64,000 nt of DNA from NCBI GenBank assembly GCA_000004695.1, contig CM000152.2:4512001-4576000 (forward strand), read 5' to 3'. Position numbers and translations under genes: made by a program. Positions 1 to 13,940 of this stretch are shown here, in pieces. Origin of the DNA: Dictyostelium discoideum. Its lineage: Eukaryota. Positions within the stretch are counted from its first letter, which is position 1; every line of letters begins with the position of its first letter. Below the pieces are notes generated by a model. It was given only the letters and a program-made list of their open reading frames with translations, did not search any database and was not told the origin of the DNA.

Positions 1-743
1 CTAGGTTTTTTTCATTAAAAAGGCAACAACACTTTTTTTTTTCTTTTCTTTCTTTTTATTTTTTTATTTTTTTTTTTTTGATATTTGACTTAAATAAAAA
101 CAAAAGTTTTTCTAACCAAGAATTAATTCAATTATTAACCGGAAAGATCCAATATTTAGAATTAAATTACAAATAATAAATATTTATTAAATATGCATAA
201 AAAAAAAAAAAAAAAAAAAAAACAAAAATTATTTTTAAGGGGAGCCGAATAGAAATAAGGTTTGTCAGTACTTTCTAAAGAAGGAAAAATTAAAGATTTG
301 GTTAAACCTAGTGATAAAAATAAAAAAGGTAAATTATAAAACAATAAAAACCCATTAACATATGTGATCAATAATTAATTTTTTTTTTTGAATATTTATG
401 ACCTTAAGGTCAAATTTTAAAAAAAAAAGCAAAAAATAAATTTGGAAATAAAAAAACAAAAAAAAAATAAAATAAAATAAACAAAAAAAAATTAAAAAAA
501 GGAAATGAAATTAAATAATTAAATAAAAATTCAAAATAATTCAGAAAAACTTTTCTAATCAGTTACAGAGAATAATAAAAATTAAAAATTAAAATTAAAA
601 TAAATATTTATTCTCATTATTGTAATCATTACATATGAAAATTCTTTTTATTGAAATGTTTTCATTACGGTAAAACAAAAATTTTTCAAAAAAAAATAAA
701 AAAAAAATAAAAAATAAATAAATTAAAATAAAAAATAAAATAA

Positions 744-778
<35 letters not shown>

Positions 779-1063
779 AAAAAAAAAAAAATAATAAAAA
801 AAAAAAAATAATAAAAAAAAAAAAAAATAATAAAAAAAAAAAAACACACACAGCAACAGGAACAAATACACAAATAATTTATTTATCTATTCAATTTATT
901 TCTTTTTTTTTTTTAAACCTTTTTAAAAATTAAAAAAAAAAAAAAAAAAAAACTAACATATTTTTTTCAAACAAAAAAAAGTAATAAAAAAAAAAAAAGT
1001 AATAAAAAAAAAAAAAACCAATACATATATTATTTTAATATTTAAACTCATATACAATACAAA

Positions 1064-1316
1064 ATGGCAACATTAACAACTCCATATGGAGAGAGTAGTG
1101 GAAGTGGAAGTGGAAGTGGAAGTGGAAGTGGAAGTGGAAGTGGAAGTGGAAGTGGAAGTGGGAGTGGAAGTAATAATATAAACAATAATTATTTATACCC
1201 AACAACTACCACAACAACAACAACTACAACTACCGCAAACACATCATCTGGATCATCATCTGCAATGGGAAGCAGCAGAGGAAGTAATACATCTTCACCA
1301 AATACAAATACAAGCA

Positions 1317-1370
<54 letters not shown>

Positions 1371-1704
1371 GTTCTATTAATATAAATAAGAGTAATAATA
1401 CTGGTAGCACCAACAATAATAATAATAATAATAATAAAAATAATAATAATAACAATAGTAATAGTGAAGAAAATTCATTTAAAGTTAAAAAGATAATGTA
1501 TAATGGAAAGAATAGATGCATTCTTACACAAAAAGATAATGGGCCATGTCCTTTGATAGCAATTCTTAATGTTCTTTCACTAAGAGGAGACCTTGAAATC
1601 AATGACTCCATTCCATTGATAACTCATGATGGTTTACTCGAAACCATTGGTTCCCATTTATTTGAAACCAAAAAAAATGTAAGTTTCAAAGAAAAAAAAA
1701 AAAA

Positions 1705-1744
<40 letters not shown>

Positions 1745-2236
1745 AAATTAAAAAAAATAATTTATCCGCTAACCATAATTTCTTTTTTTTTTTTTTATTA
1801 TTATTAAATAGTATGAAGATTCTATTGAACAATTTAATTATGAAATTAAAATAAATGATTCTATTAATGCATTACCATCAATGATATCAGGTCTAAATCT
1901 TGATGTTAAATTTACTGGGTATGTAATAAAATATATTTAAAATTTAATTAAAAAAAAAAATGTATTTTATTTATTAATTTATAAATTTTTATTTTTATTT
2001 TTATTTCTAGAATTAAGGATTTTGACTCATCATGCGATATGAGTATTTTTCAAATATTAAATATAGAACTAGTTCATGGTTGGTTAGTTGAACCACAAGA
2101 TGTTGAATTAGCATCAATTATTGGAGATTTAACTTATAATCAATTGACTGAAAAAATTTGTAACCCAAAATTAGAAGAAGATTTCTTAAATGATATTGAT
2201 TTAACAAAAATGGATATTAATAGTAATAATAATAAC

Positions 2237-2279
<43 letters not shown>

Positions 2280-3098
2280 TAAACAATTTAAATGGTAAAA
2301 ATAATTTAAGGAATTTATATACTGACAGTGTAAAATATAAAAATAATCCAATAAAATCAAGTGGTGAAGATTTATTTTGTCAATATAAAATCAAACAATT
2401 TTTAAATGATACATCATCTCAACTATCATACCATGGTCTTTATGAATTACATTCAAATCTTAAAGATAATGAATTGGTTATATTCTTTAGAAATAATCAT
2501 TTTAATACATTATTAAAAAAGAATCAAACTTTATATATGCTAATTACCGATGAAGGTTATATTAATGAACCAATTATTTGGGAAAAGTTAGAACAAGTAT
2601 GATTTACATTAAATTATATTTAAATATAAAAAAAAAAAAAAAAAAAAAAACTCATTCATTCATTTTTTTAACTCACTTATATTAACTCACTATCATTTAA
2701 ATTTATAGATTGATGGGGACACTGAATATGTAAAGTCAGATTTTACAAAATATGTTAAAGAAGATTTATATTCAAATTATGATAATATTAATGAAATATG
2801 TGAAGGAATTAACAGTAATAATAATAGCAATAGCAATAGCAATAATAATATTAATAATAATAATATAAGTTCAGCTCATAATAATGTAAATACAGAAGCA
2901 ATGACCGATGAAGAACTTGCACACTATTTGAGTAGCCAAGAAAATGCTCAAAACTTGGATTCAGATTTTGTAGTGGCACTTCAACTACAAAATCAAGAAA
3001 ACTCTAGAGCTGGTTATAGAAAACAATCAAAACAAAAGGAAAAGAAAGAAAACTCTCCAACTCAAAAGAAAGAAAGTAAAATGTGTAAAACTCAATAG
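1064..3098 (+). CDS. MINDY-type (DUF544/FAM63) deubiquitinase, about 565 aa. Four exons: 1064-1678, 1812-1918, 2011-2596 and 2709-3098.
   Basis: The ORF track gives exon 1. Its C-terminal part reads QKDNGPCPLIAILNVLSLRGDLEIN, which matches the catalytic 'NGPCPL(L/I)AI(L/M)N' Cys box of MINDY/FAM63 enzymes. GTAAGT/GTATGT donors and AG acceptors join the ORF-track pieces in frame (phases 0/2/0). The N-terminus carries GS and poly-Asn low-complexity repeats. Confidence 0.7.
1097..1172 (+). repeat. Coding hexanucleotide microsatellite (GGAAGT)n, about 12 units, encoding (GS)n.
   Basis: Perfect tandem ggaagt units seen directly in exon 1 of the MINDY gene. Confidence 0.9.
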
Positions 3099-3264
3099 GG
3101 CTATTTTTTTTTTTTTTTTTTTTTTTTTTGATTAACGGGGGCAGTGGGATTGATCAAAATGTAAATATAATAAATTAAAATGTTTTTCTTTTTTTTTTAT
3201 TTGCCAGTTATTTTCTTGTTTTCTTTTTTAAAATTGGAAACCTTGAGAATTTAAAAAAAAAATG

Positions 3265-3320
<56 letters not shown>

Positions 3321-3405
3321 AAAAAAAAACTTTGTTGTTCGCCCATAAATAATCTATTTTTAAAATAAAAAATCCATAAAAATGATTTTTTGAAAATAAC
3401 TGTTT

Positions 3406-3697
3406 GGGGGAATTAAAAGGTGCATGGTTGTGGGTTACTTCGATTTATCATATCATGAACACTAATACAAAGTTGTAATTTGTCTGAAATTGTTACATTA
3501 ATTTGATGGGATGAGAGGTGTGGCATTCGTCTGCATTCTTCTCGTCCTGTTTAATCAATTGAAACCTTCATTTGCGTATAAAATGGAATAAGAGTTTGGT
3601 CTGGATTAATCCATTCGAGATTAATCTGGACTGAGTCTCTAATAATTCCAAACACCTACACCGCAAACACTCAATAATTCCTTTTTTTTTTTTTCTT
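3406..3697 (+). ncRNA. Candidate Pol III-type non-coding RNA; a GC-richer island of unknown class.
   Basis: About 290 bp at roughly 45% GC sits inside an AT-rich intergenic region and has no ORF longer than 26 codons. A DUSE-like motif (GCCCATAA at 3341-3348) lies about 60 bp upstream of the island start, the spacing described for the Dictyostelium upstream sequence element of snRNA/class I RNA genes. The island ends in a T14 run at 3683-3697, which could be a Pol III terminator. It contains a UGUAAU-like element and several short inverted repeats. Confidence 0.2.
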
Positions 3698-3854
3698 TAA
3701 AAAAAAAATCTATTATATGAATTTTTTCCCCTACATGTCGTTGTCCAAAATAAAAAAACAATTACAAAAAAATGAATAGTGAATAAATTTTTGATTAAAA
3801 AAAAAAAAAGTAATAAGAAAGTATAAAAAAAAAAATAAAAAAAATAAATTACAT

Positions 3855-3896
<42 letters not shown>

Positions 3897-4131
3897 AATT
3901 TTATATGATTTTGTATTTTTGGGTGCTCAATTTATCAAAACTAAATCCGGATTTAAAAATAAATAAAATTAAATCCTTGTTTAAAAAAATAAAAAATAAA
4001 AAATAAAATAAAAAATAAAAAATATAAAAAATAAAATAAAAAAATAAAAAATATAAAAAATAAAAAATGAATTTTTTTTTTTTTTTTTTTTAATTTTCAT
4101 TTTTTTTAAAAAAATATTAATTTCACACTAA

Positions 4132-4461
4132 ATGATGAACTTCAAATATATTATTAGTATTTTTATTTTTATATTATATGTATGTATTTTATTTTTAAAA
4201 TAAAAAAATAAATAAAAAATATAGAAAAAATAAAAATAAAAAAAAAAAAACTCATTATTTATATTTTAATATAATAGATTAATCTTATTGATGGCGCAAA
4301 AGAATTAACACCATTCATTTATGGTGATAGAATTAGTATGGAATGTAAAGATAACGAAGGGAATTGGAAATTAGGTCCAATTTGTTTAAATGTAATTAAT
4401 AATAATATTTAAATAATAAATAAACAAATAAATTTAAAAAAAAAAAAAAAAGTTTAATATT

Positions 4462-4504
<43 letters not shown>

Positions 4505-4954
4505 CAAAAAAAGCAAAAACAAGAACTTAGTGTATATTATGGCAGAGATGCACCACTTTATTGTGGAATTTATATAGATGAAAAAGAACTTAATAGAATT
4601 AAAGATGTATTAAATAGAAATTGTAGGATAATCCCATTTCTTTCAAAATTACTGTAAAAAAAAAAAAAAAAAAAAAAAAATTATAATTTAATAACTCTCA
4701 ATTATTTTATTTATTTATTTTAATAATTAAAAAAAAAAAAAAAAAAAAAAAGCATCATGGGAATGTAGAATACCAATATCATCAGAAAGTAATACTGATG
4801 ATATTTATATACCACTTTCAATTCAATTATGGGGATATCCTCAAGATGATCATTTAGATATTACAACTCACTATAATTTTATATTTCATGTTGAAAAAGG
4901 TATTATAATTGGTGCAACTTTATATCCAGGTAAGTGATCACATTTTGGAAAAAA

Positions 4955-4994
<40 letters not shown>

Positions 4995-5301
4995 AACTTT
5001 ATAATTATAATTTTTTTTTTTTTTTTTTATAGTTAAAGATAAATTTCAAGATGTTCGTAAGGGTGCAGTATTTACAATTCATGGTGCAATTAAATGGTTT
5101 AATGGAGGTTCTCATGTTGAATTAAATGATTCATTGAAATTAATAAAAGATAATACAAATGATTTTTTAAATAATTTAGATTATTGGATTGTTATCCTTT
5201 GGATTGTTTTATCAATGTTTACATCTTTAATTTTATTTTCATTAATTTATAAATATAAATTAAAACCAAATTTAATAAGAAAATATTTAAAAAATGATTA
5301 G
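4132..5301 (+). CDS. Hypothetical type-I membrane protein, 238 aa, with an N-terminal signal/TM and a C-terminal TM. Five exons: 4132-4179, 4278-4391, 4514-4622, 4753-4929 and 5033-5301.
   Basis: The exons were assembled by hand. Every junction has a GT donor (GTATGT, GTAATT, GTAGGA, GTAAGT) and an AG acceptor, and the phases are consistent. The protein begins MMNFKYIISIFIFILY (hydrophobic), continues ...INLIDGAKELTPFIYGDRISMECKDNEGNWKLGPICLN... and ends ...DYWIVILWIVLSMFTSLILFSLIYKYK (TM) before the stop at 5299-5301. All exons are under 60 aa, so none appears in the ORF track. Confidence 0.5.
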
Positions 5302-5750
5302 GTAAAAAAAAAAAAATAAAAAATAAAAAATAAAAAATAAAAAATTAAAAAATAAAATTAAAAAAAAAAATAAAATTTAAAAAATAAAATTTTAATTTTA
5401 AACCACCATTATTCATCATAATTATAATCATTATCATCATTAATTAAATTAATAACTTGAATAAAATAATTTAAAAAAAAATTAAGAAACAAACCTCTTT
5501 TTTTTTTTTATATATTTTAATTAAATTATAAAAGTGATTGAAAAAAAAAAATTAAAAATAAAATCCTTTATAAATCTTGTGGTTTATTTTTAGACTAAAC
5601 ATAAATCAACAACGATCATGTGCATACTTTGAAAAATTTTCTTTTTATTTTATTTTTTATTTTTTTTTCCAAATTTTTTTTTTTTTTAATTTAATTTTTT
5701 ATTTTTTTATTTTTTAATTTTTTTTTTTTTTTTTTTCGAATGGGGACCCT

Positions 5751-5796
<46 letters not shown>

Positions 5797-6434
5797 TTAT
5801 TAATATATAACATTTATATTTATACAAATATAATAGGTAAATATTGCTATCCATTTTTATTTTTTTTTTTTTTTTTTTATTTTTTTTTTTTTTTTATTTT
5901 TTATTTTTTTTTTTTTTTTATTTTTTATTTTTTTTTTTTTTTTACACTTTTTTAAATATAATATTTTTTTTTTTTTTTTTTTTTTTACACAATTAATTTA
6001 GTTTTCTTAAATTAAATCAAATATTTCTTTATTTTTTACATTATTAAATTGAAAAAAAAAAAAAAAAAAAAAAAAATTTGTATGTTCTTTTTTTGTTTTT
6101 TTTTTTTTTCTCTATTTATTATCAAATAAAAAAAATAAAATAAATAAAAAAAAAATAAAAAAAATAAATAAATAAATAATAAATAAAAAAAAAACCATTT
6201 AGGGGTGGTGTTTGATCAATAGACATCTATTTACCATCGTTGTGATATTAGAAGTCTTAATCAAATTTTTATTTTTTTTTTATTTTTTTTTATTTATTTA
6301 TTTTTAAATTATACATTCGATTGTATAATACACAACTAAATCATTCATATAAATAATCATTTATATTTAATTTTTTAAAAAAAAAATTTTAAAGAAATTT
6401 TTTTTTATTTTATTTTAACACAAACCTCTCACAC

Positions 6435-6497
<63 letters not shown>

Positions 6498-6632
6498 TTT
6501 TAAATCAAAAAAAAAAAAAAAAAAATAATAATAATAATAATAATAAAAATAAAAACCTCAAACACACATATTTACATAACTCAAAACATAACTATTATTT
6601 TTTATTTAATATCACCCAAATCATAATTTTTT

Positions 6633-6677
<45 letters not shown>

Positions 6678-7069
6678 ATTTTTTTTTTTTTTTTTTTGAA
6701 TTTTTTTTTTTTTTAAAAATTTTTATTTTTATTTTTTTTTTTTGCCAACCTAACTAACAGACTAAAAAATAAAAAAAATATAAAAAAAATTAGTTTACTG
6801 TACTATTACCACAAAAACTTTTAGAAAAAGAAACTTTCAAATATATTTTTATTACCATTATTTTTTTTTTTAAAAATTACACTAAAAACTAAAAAAAAAA
6901 AAGTAAGAATAATAATAAAAAAAAAAAACCTGTAAAATTTATAAAAAAACAATATCAACAAAAAAAAAAAAAAAAAAAAAAAAATTATCGTCAATATATA
7001 ATTCCATTTTATTTGTAAAACAATAAAAAAAAAAAGTAAAAAAAAACACAAAACAAAAGAAAATACACA

Positions 7070-8084
7070 ATGTCAAAATTATTAAAATTAGTTATCGTTG
7101 GTGATGGTGGTGTTGGTAAATCGGCACTTACTATTCAATTAACACAAAATCAATTCATTGCTGAATATGATCCAACTATAGGTATGTATTAAAATAATCA
7201 AATAAAATTAAAAGGTTAACAAAAAAAAAAAATAAAAAAATAAAAAAAAATACCAAACATTTTATATTAACCCTTTTTTTTTATTATCATTTTTTTTCTT
7301 TCTTTTACATTTAGAAAACTCTTATCGTAAACAAGTAAACATTGATGAAGAAGTTTACATGTTAGATATTTTAGATACAGCCGGTCAAGAGTATGCATTC
7401 ATTTATTATTTTTTTTATTATTATTTTTTTTTTTGTTTTATTTTTTTATTATTTTTTTTGACCTTTACTAATATTATTTATTTATCAATAATGATCAAAT
7501 CAAATCAAATCAAATCAAATCAAATCAAATCAAATCAAATCAAATCAAATCAAATCAAATCAAATCAAATCAAATCAAATCAAATCAAATCAAATCAAAT
7601 CAAATCAAATCAAATCAAATCAAACCAAATCAATCAAACCAAATACAACCAAATCAATTCTCATCAAATCAAAAAAAAATTTAAAAAATTATAAAATAAC
7701 AGAGAGTATAGCGCTATGAGAGATCAATATATTAGATCAGGTAGAGGATTTTTAATTGTTTACAGTATTATATCAAGAGCAAGTTTTGAAGCTGTTACAA
7801 CATTCCGTGAACAAATTTTAAGAGTTAAGGATCTCTCAACCTATCCTATCGTAATCATTGGAAATAAAGCAGATTTACCAGACAAAGATAGAAAAGTACC
7901 ACCAATGGAGGGTAAGGAGTTAGCAAAAAGTTTTGGTGCACCATTTTTAGAAACATCAGCCAAATCTAGAGTAAACGTTGAAGAGGCCTTCTTTACCCTC
8001 GTTAGAGAAATTAAAAGATGGAATCAAAATCCACAAAACGAAGAGATGCTCCCACCAAAGAAAAGGGGATGTATTATATTGTAA
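7070..8084 (+). CDS. rasC: Ras-subfamily small GTPase, 189 aa, CAAX = CIIL. Three exons: 7070-7181, 7315-7390 and 7703-8084.
   Basis: Assembled protein: [85 protein letters not shown]...NKADL...SAK...CIIL. The G1-G5 boxes and the Ras effector loop are canonical. Length and N-terminus agree with my memory of Dictyostelium RasC. Splice sites are GTATGT/GTATGC...AG with consistent phase. Confidence 0.8.
7496..7660 (+). repeat. (CAAAT)n pentanucleotide microsatellite, about 25 perfect units plus degenerate tail, inside rasC intron 2.
   Basis: Seen directly. The phantom ORF 7359-7694 ([10 protein letters not shown]...) is its translation. Confidence 0.9.
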
Positions 8085-8386
8085 ATTTTAAAAAATAAAA
8101 AAAAAAAACAAACCTACCCATAAAAAAAAAAAAAAAAAAAAAAAATAAAAAATAAAAAAAAAAAAAAAAAAAATAAGAAATAAAATAAAATTTGATCAGA
8201 TATAATAGAATAATTTTATTTTTAGAATTGTTTAATCTCCACCATTGACTAAACACACTAATGTTTGTTGTGTGGGATATTTTTAATTTTCGTATTTTTA
8301 TATTTTTTTTTTTTTTTTAGTTTTTCATTTTTTTTTTTTTTTTTTTTTTAAATTTAATTTCAACACACCATTAGATATTATTTTAT

Positions 8387-10336
<1,950 letters not shown>

Positions 10337-10589
10337 ATATAATACCGTTTATAAAAAGATTGATGAAATAGTTTATTGTAATACTTTTTTATATTATTAT
10401 TTTTATTGTTTTTTTTTTAAAATGTTTTTTTGGTTTATTAATTTATGTATGTCCTTAAGCATTTTATTCTTCATTTTCTTAATTTGACCACTTTTATATG
10501 AAATTACTATTTTCAAATTATTAAATAGATAGAAATTTGGTAGGAAAACTTTAAAATTGATTTTTTTTTTAAATTTATAAATTAGTTTT

Positions 10590-10989
10590 TTTTTTTTATA
10601 GTGAGTGAAGAGTGTGTTGAGTGTTGTGATATATTTGTTGAGATTTGTTGGTAGTGTTACAGAGTGAATTGGAGAGTTCCAATTCTTGCGAAATCTCTCA
10701 GTTGTTTGGATATGATAGATTTGTATTTTTTGGCTTGTTTGTTATTTGTGGCTTTTTTTCTTTTCTAATTAGTTTGTGTTTGTTGTTTTTGGTTAATGAA
10801 ATATCCAATTTGAATTTTAAATTTTTTTTTTTTTTTTTAATAACATCACTCAATTTGAGTGTGTTCTAGGAGAGTTTATTTGTAGTTTTTTTTTTTTTAT
10901 ATTTTTTTTTTTTTTATTCTTATTTTTTTATTATTATTATTATTATATTATTATTATTATTATATTATTATTATTATTATTATTGTTAT

Positions 10990-11034
<45 letters not shown>

Positions 11035-11750
11035 GGTAGTTGGTGTTATATGAGCAGTATGGTCTGAAGTGTTCCTCATGAGTTTCGAGTTCCAGTTGTG
11101 ACTGAATTTTTCGAGTCTTCTTTTTATTGATGCGGTCCGATTGATTGACTCTCGGTTATCAGTGCATCTTAGTTCTTGTCGTAGTTGCTTTTCTACTATC
11201 TTTCTTGTTCTATCCCATTCGGCAACTCTCGCTTTTTTGATTTTATGAATTATTTGGTTCTCTGTTATTATTGTAGTGTTATCGTTGAATTTTATTTGGT
11301 TTCTTCTGTACCATATCGATTCCATAATGGCTCCTATCAGATTTGATGAGAATGGTGTGAGTAGTTTTCCGAGAACTTTTTCGCTCCATGGACCGTGGTA
11401 AGTGTTGTTAGAGTCTTTACAGACCTTTTGATAGATTGAGTCGATATCCTGTTTTATTGATTTGCATTCGAAGAAGATGTGCATAGACCACTCTTCTTCT
11501 TTACATGAGTGGCAATTCTCCCCATGGTGTTTTGGAAGTGCCTTGAGTAGATACCTCCATGCTAAGTCTCTTCCTTTGATAGTTGTTATTGATCTGGCTT
11601 CTCTAAATGGTAGAGTTGGGTGATTAATGTTCTTTTGAATCAGTTTTTGACCTGTTGTTGGCTGGTGTTTGTTCCATCCCTTGTATTTTATATCCATCAT
11701 GTTTCTATAGATTACTTTTTGTTTTAGTATTTGGGTTTTGTAGATAATGA
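10590..11750 (-). mobile_element. Tandem 5'-truncated TRE5-like non-LTR retrotransposon fragments upstream of tRNA-Leu. The proximal copy carries an ORF2 C-terminus plus a poly(A) tail; the distal copy is a C-module-like 3' end.
   Basis: The minus-strand ORF 10960-11700 is a non-LTR ORF2 C-terminal region (cysteine-rich ...HHGENCHSCKEEEWSMHIFFECK...). It runs into a poly(A) of about 45 nt (poly-T at 10990-11035 on the plus strand). An AC-rich segment with no coding potential (10600-10880 on minus) ends in a second oligo(A) at 10587-10599. The 5' end lies about 45 bp from the tRNA gene, as expected for TRE5 targeting about 48 bp upstream of tRNA genes. Confidence 0.55.
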
Positions 11751-11793
11751 ATTTTAAATTAGTATTAGTCTAAATAAAATTAAAAATAAAAAA

Positions 11794-11875
11794 GTAAGCT
11801 TGCCCGAGCTGGTCTAAGGGGTTGCATTAAGGCTGCAATATCATTGATACAAGGGTTCGAATCCCTTAGCTTACA
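11794..11875 (+). tRNA. tRNA-Leu (anticodon AAG), 82 nt, with a long variable arm.
   Basis: Acceptor stem GTAAGCT/AGCTTAC plus discriminator A. D-arm GCCCGAGCTGGTCTAAGGGG. Anticodon stem TTGCA/TGCAA with loop TTAAGGC (U33, AAG, G37). Long variable arm. T-arm AAGGG-TTCGAAT-CCCTT. Closely parallels eukaryotic tRNA-Leu. Confidence 0.85.
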
Positions 11876-11879
11876 AAAT

Positions 11880-12811
11880 TTTTTAAAACGAATCCTGTTA
11901 AATTTTATAGTTATAATCTATAAGATCAAAAGCAAGCAATCAAACGGATACTAGATACAGAAAAACATAATAAACAGAAGCAACCCTTACATCCCATCCA
12001 CCCCTAAGACACCTGTCAATAAAGAAAGGAAAGGAATCATTGAGAGCTTCATAGAGAGTATCTACCCTTCACCATCCAAACCGCAGCTATACGACTCCCA
12101 AGAGGAGATCGATATCATCTCATAATGGTAGTAATCAAAATCAACCAATGGAATGTCAGAGGTTGGGGCACTGACACCTCCTTCAAAAACAAAACAGACT
12201 TTATCAAATCCCAATCCCCCCCAAACTCATTGGCACTAACCATAGTCAATGAACTCAATGCTGACGCAACACAAGCACACCAGCTATTTCCTGGCTCCAT
12301 CATTAGTGCAACCAACAGAGGCAACGGAATAGGAATACTAAACCACAACAACCAAAACATAAAACCCTCACCAATATTCATAATAGAAGGTAGACTAATA
12401 ATATCAGACATTCTAATAAAAGATACCACAACGAGAATCTTGGCCATATACGCCCCGGCCCAACCTGATAAAAGAAAAATACTAGCTTCAACACTAAACA
12501 AACACTTCAACAACCAATACCAAATTGGCCACTCTAGAATACATCAAAAAAGCAAAAGATCTGAAAAACTTATCAGCAAAAGACCATAATAACTTCAAAG
12601 ATCCTAAGATCCTTCTCACCTCAACGATCAAGCTAAGAAAAACAACAGCTAATTACTATTGTATTCCAGAATCATCTCTCCCAAATATTATATCTTTTGA
12701 TCAATTCATATGATTAAAATAACCCTTCAGCTTAAATGATAAGCCTATAAATAAATATTAAATAAAAACTCGTATTAACACAGATGGACATATATCAATC
12801 TTGTTAATCCA

Positions 12812-12845
<34 letters not shown>
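11880..12845 (+). mobile_element. Internally deleted or partial TRE3-like non-LTR retrotransposon immediately downstream of tRNA-Leu. It has an APE-type endonuclease N-terminus and a 3' module with poly(A).
   Basis: ORF 12125-12589 (MVVIKINQWNVRGWGTD...ILAIYAPAQPDKRK) is an L1-like AP-endonuclease domain (WNVRG...YAP). The 3' 250 bp plus A35 tail (12590-12845) recurs in reverse complement at 55600-55835, beside other tRNA genes. Confidence 0.55.
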
Positions 12846-12846
<1 letters not shown>

Positions 12847-13069
12847 AAACATATCCATCATCAATCTAACATCAACTACATTCAATCTATCTACTCTACA
12901 CACTAATTTCTTCAATCCTTGGATTGGGAATAAGAATAGATCTGAATAAACGAGAAAGAAAAAAAAAAAAAAAAATTAAAATTAAAAATCAAAAATATTT
13001 TTATATAAACACATAATTAAAAAAAAAATAATAAAAATAATATAAAAAAAAAAAAAAAAAAAAAAAAAA

Positions 13070-13402
13070 ATGAATTTTTTCGATAAACTTAAAGGTGAAC
13101 TCAACTTAGGCGAGGAAGAGTTAAATAAAAAAACTATTCAAATAAGGTTATTCTACCCAAATACCTTGGAATTAAATAGTAATTCAACAAAATTAATAGA
13201 TAATTTCATAGTTAATGGTACTCTTAACATTGTCAGAAGACAAAAGGGTATAACAGTATTCGGTAGAATACTAAAAGAAAATTCACATTATTACACGAGT
13301 GTTACAGCACTTTCAAGTATGAAGATTTCCCACTGCAAAAATTCATACTTTACACCCCAGGATATCACTATGTCCACTTTTACACATTTACAAAAAACAT
13401 AA
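13070..13402 (+). CDS. Non-LTR retrotransposon ORF1 (110 aa), possibly continued by ORF 13423-13941.
   Basis: It sits immediately 5' of ORF2 within the element. There is no recognisable domain. Confidence 0.4.
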   Translation: MNFFDKLKGELNLGEEELNKKTIQIRLFYPNTLELNSNSTKLIDNFIVNGTLNIVRRQKGITVFGRILKENSHYYTSVTALSSMKISHCKNSYFTPQDITMSTFTHLQKT

Positions 13403-13940
13403 TAAAAAAAATAAACAATCAAATGGTAAAAGAAAACTGGGGATTGGAGCCATTACTAATAGATGAATGCAACATAGTAATGCTACCAGATGTGATTAGA
13501 TATTCATGCATACTATTATTTAATAAAGAAGATGATATCTCAATCATTAAAACAAACATTGATGCTATAAAAGGTAGTAAGCATCCAATAAGAGCCTTCA
13601 TCTCTGAATATAACAATAAAGAAATAAGAGATGTTAGAAAAAAAAAAAACACAAGTAATAAAAACCAACAACCAACAACTACAAATACAACTAAATCAAT
13701 ACCATCAACTCCACCAACAACTAATGCATCAACAACCACACCAATAACAACCACACCAATAACAACCACACAAACAACAACCACACCAACAACAACCACA
13801 CATCAATTACCAACAAGCAATACAACAATCTACAACCTAAACAAAACTACTACTACTACTACTACTACTACAAAACCTATCAATAAAATTACTACAAGCA
13901 ATGGTACCAAGTTTCCAATTGCCAGTAGTATTAGAAAATA

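Noticed and set aside
162-873. Track ORFs 162-371(-) and 595-873(-), rich in poly-Phe/poly-Lys.
   Set aside because: They are translations of poly(A)/poly(T) intergenic tracts, with no complexity, no splice context and no motif. The same applies to 5740-5955, 6821-7051, 8074-8256, 17381-17572, 32701-33046, 35356-35565 and 40616-40804.
1189-1611. Antisense 140-aa ORF within MINDY exon 1 (poly-Leu).
   Set aside because: It is the shadow of the (AAT)n/(GGAAGT)n coding repeats on the opposite strand. The same explains 9697-9987(-) and 21506-21688(-).
3440-3584. Short signal-peptide-like ORF MRGVAFVCILLVLFNQLKPSFAYKME inside the GC island.
   Set aside because: It ends in a stop after 26 codons. 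No GT donor gives an in-frame join to the downstream membrane-protein exons. A better exon 1 with a GTATGT donor exists at 4132-4179.
12525-12713. 62-aa ORF in the 3' module of the partial TRE3 element.
   Set aside because: The same sequence recurs as non-coding 3' UTR at 55600-55835, so it is probably chance.
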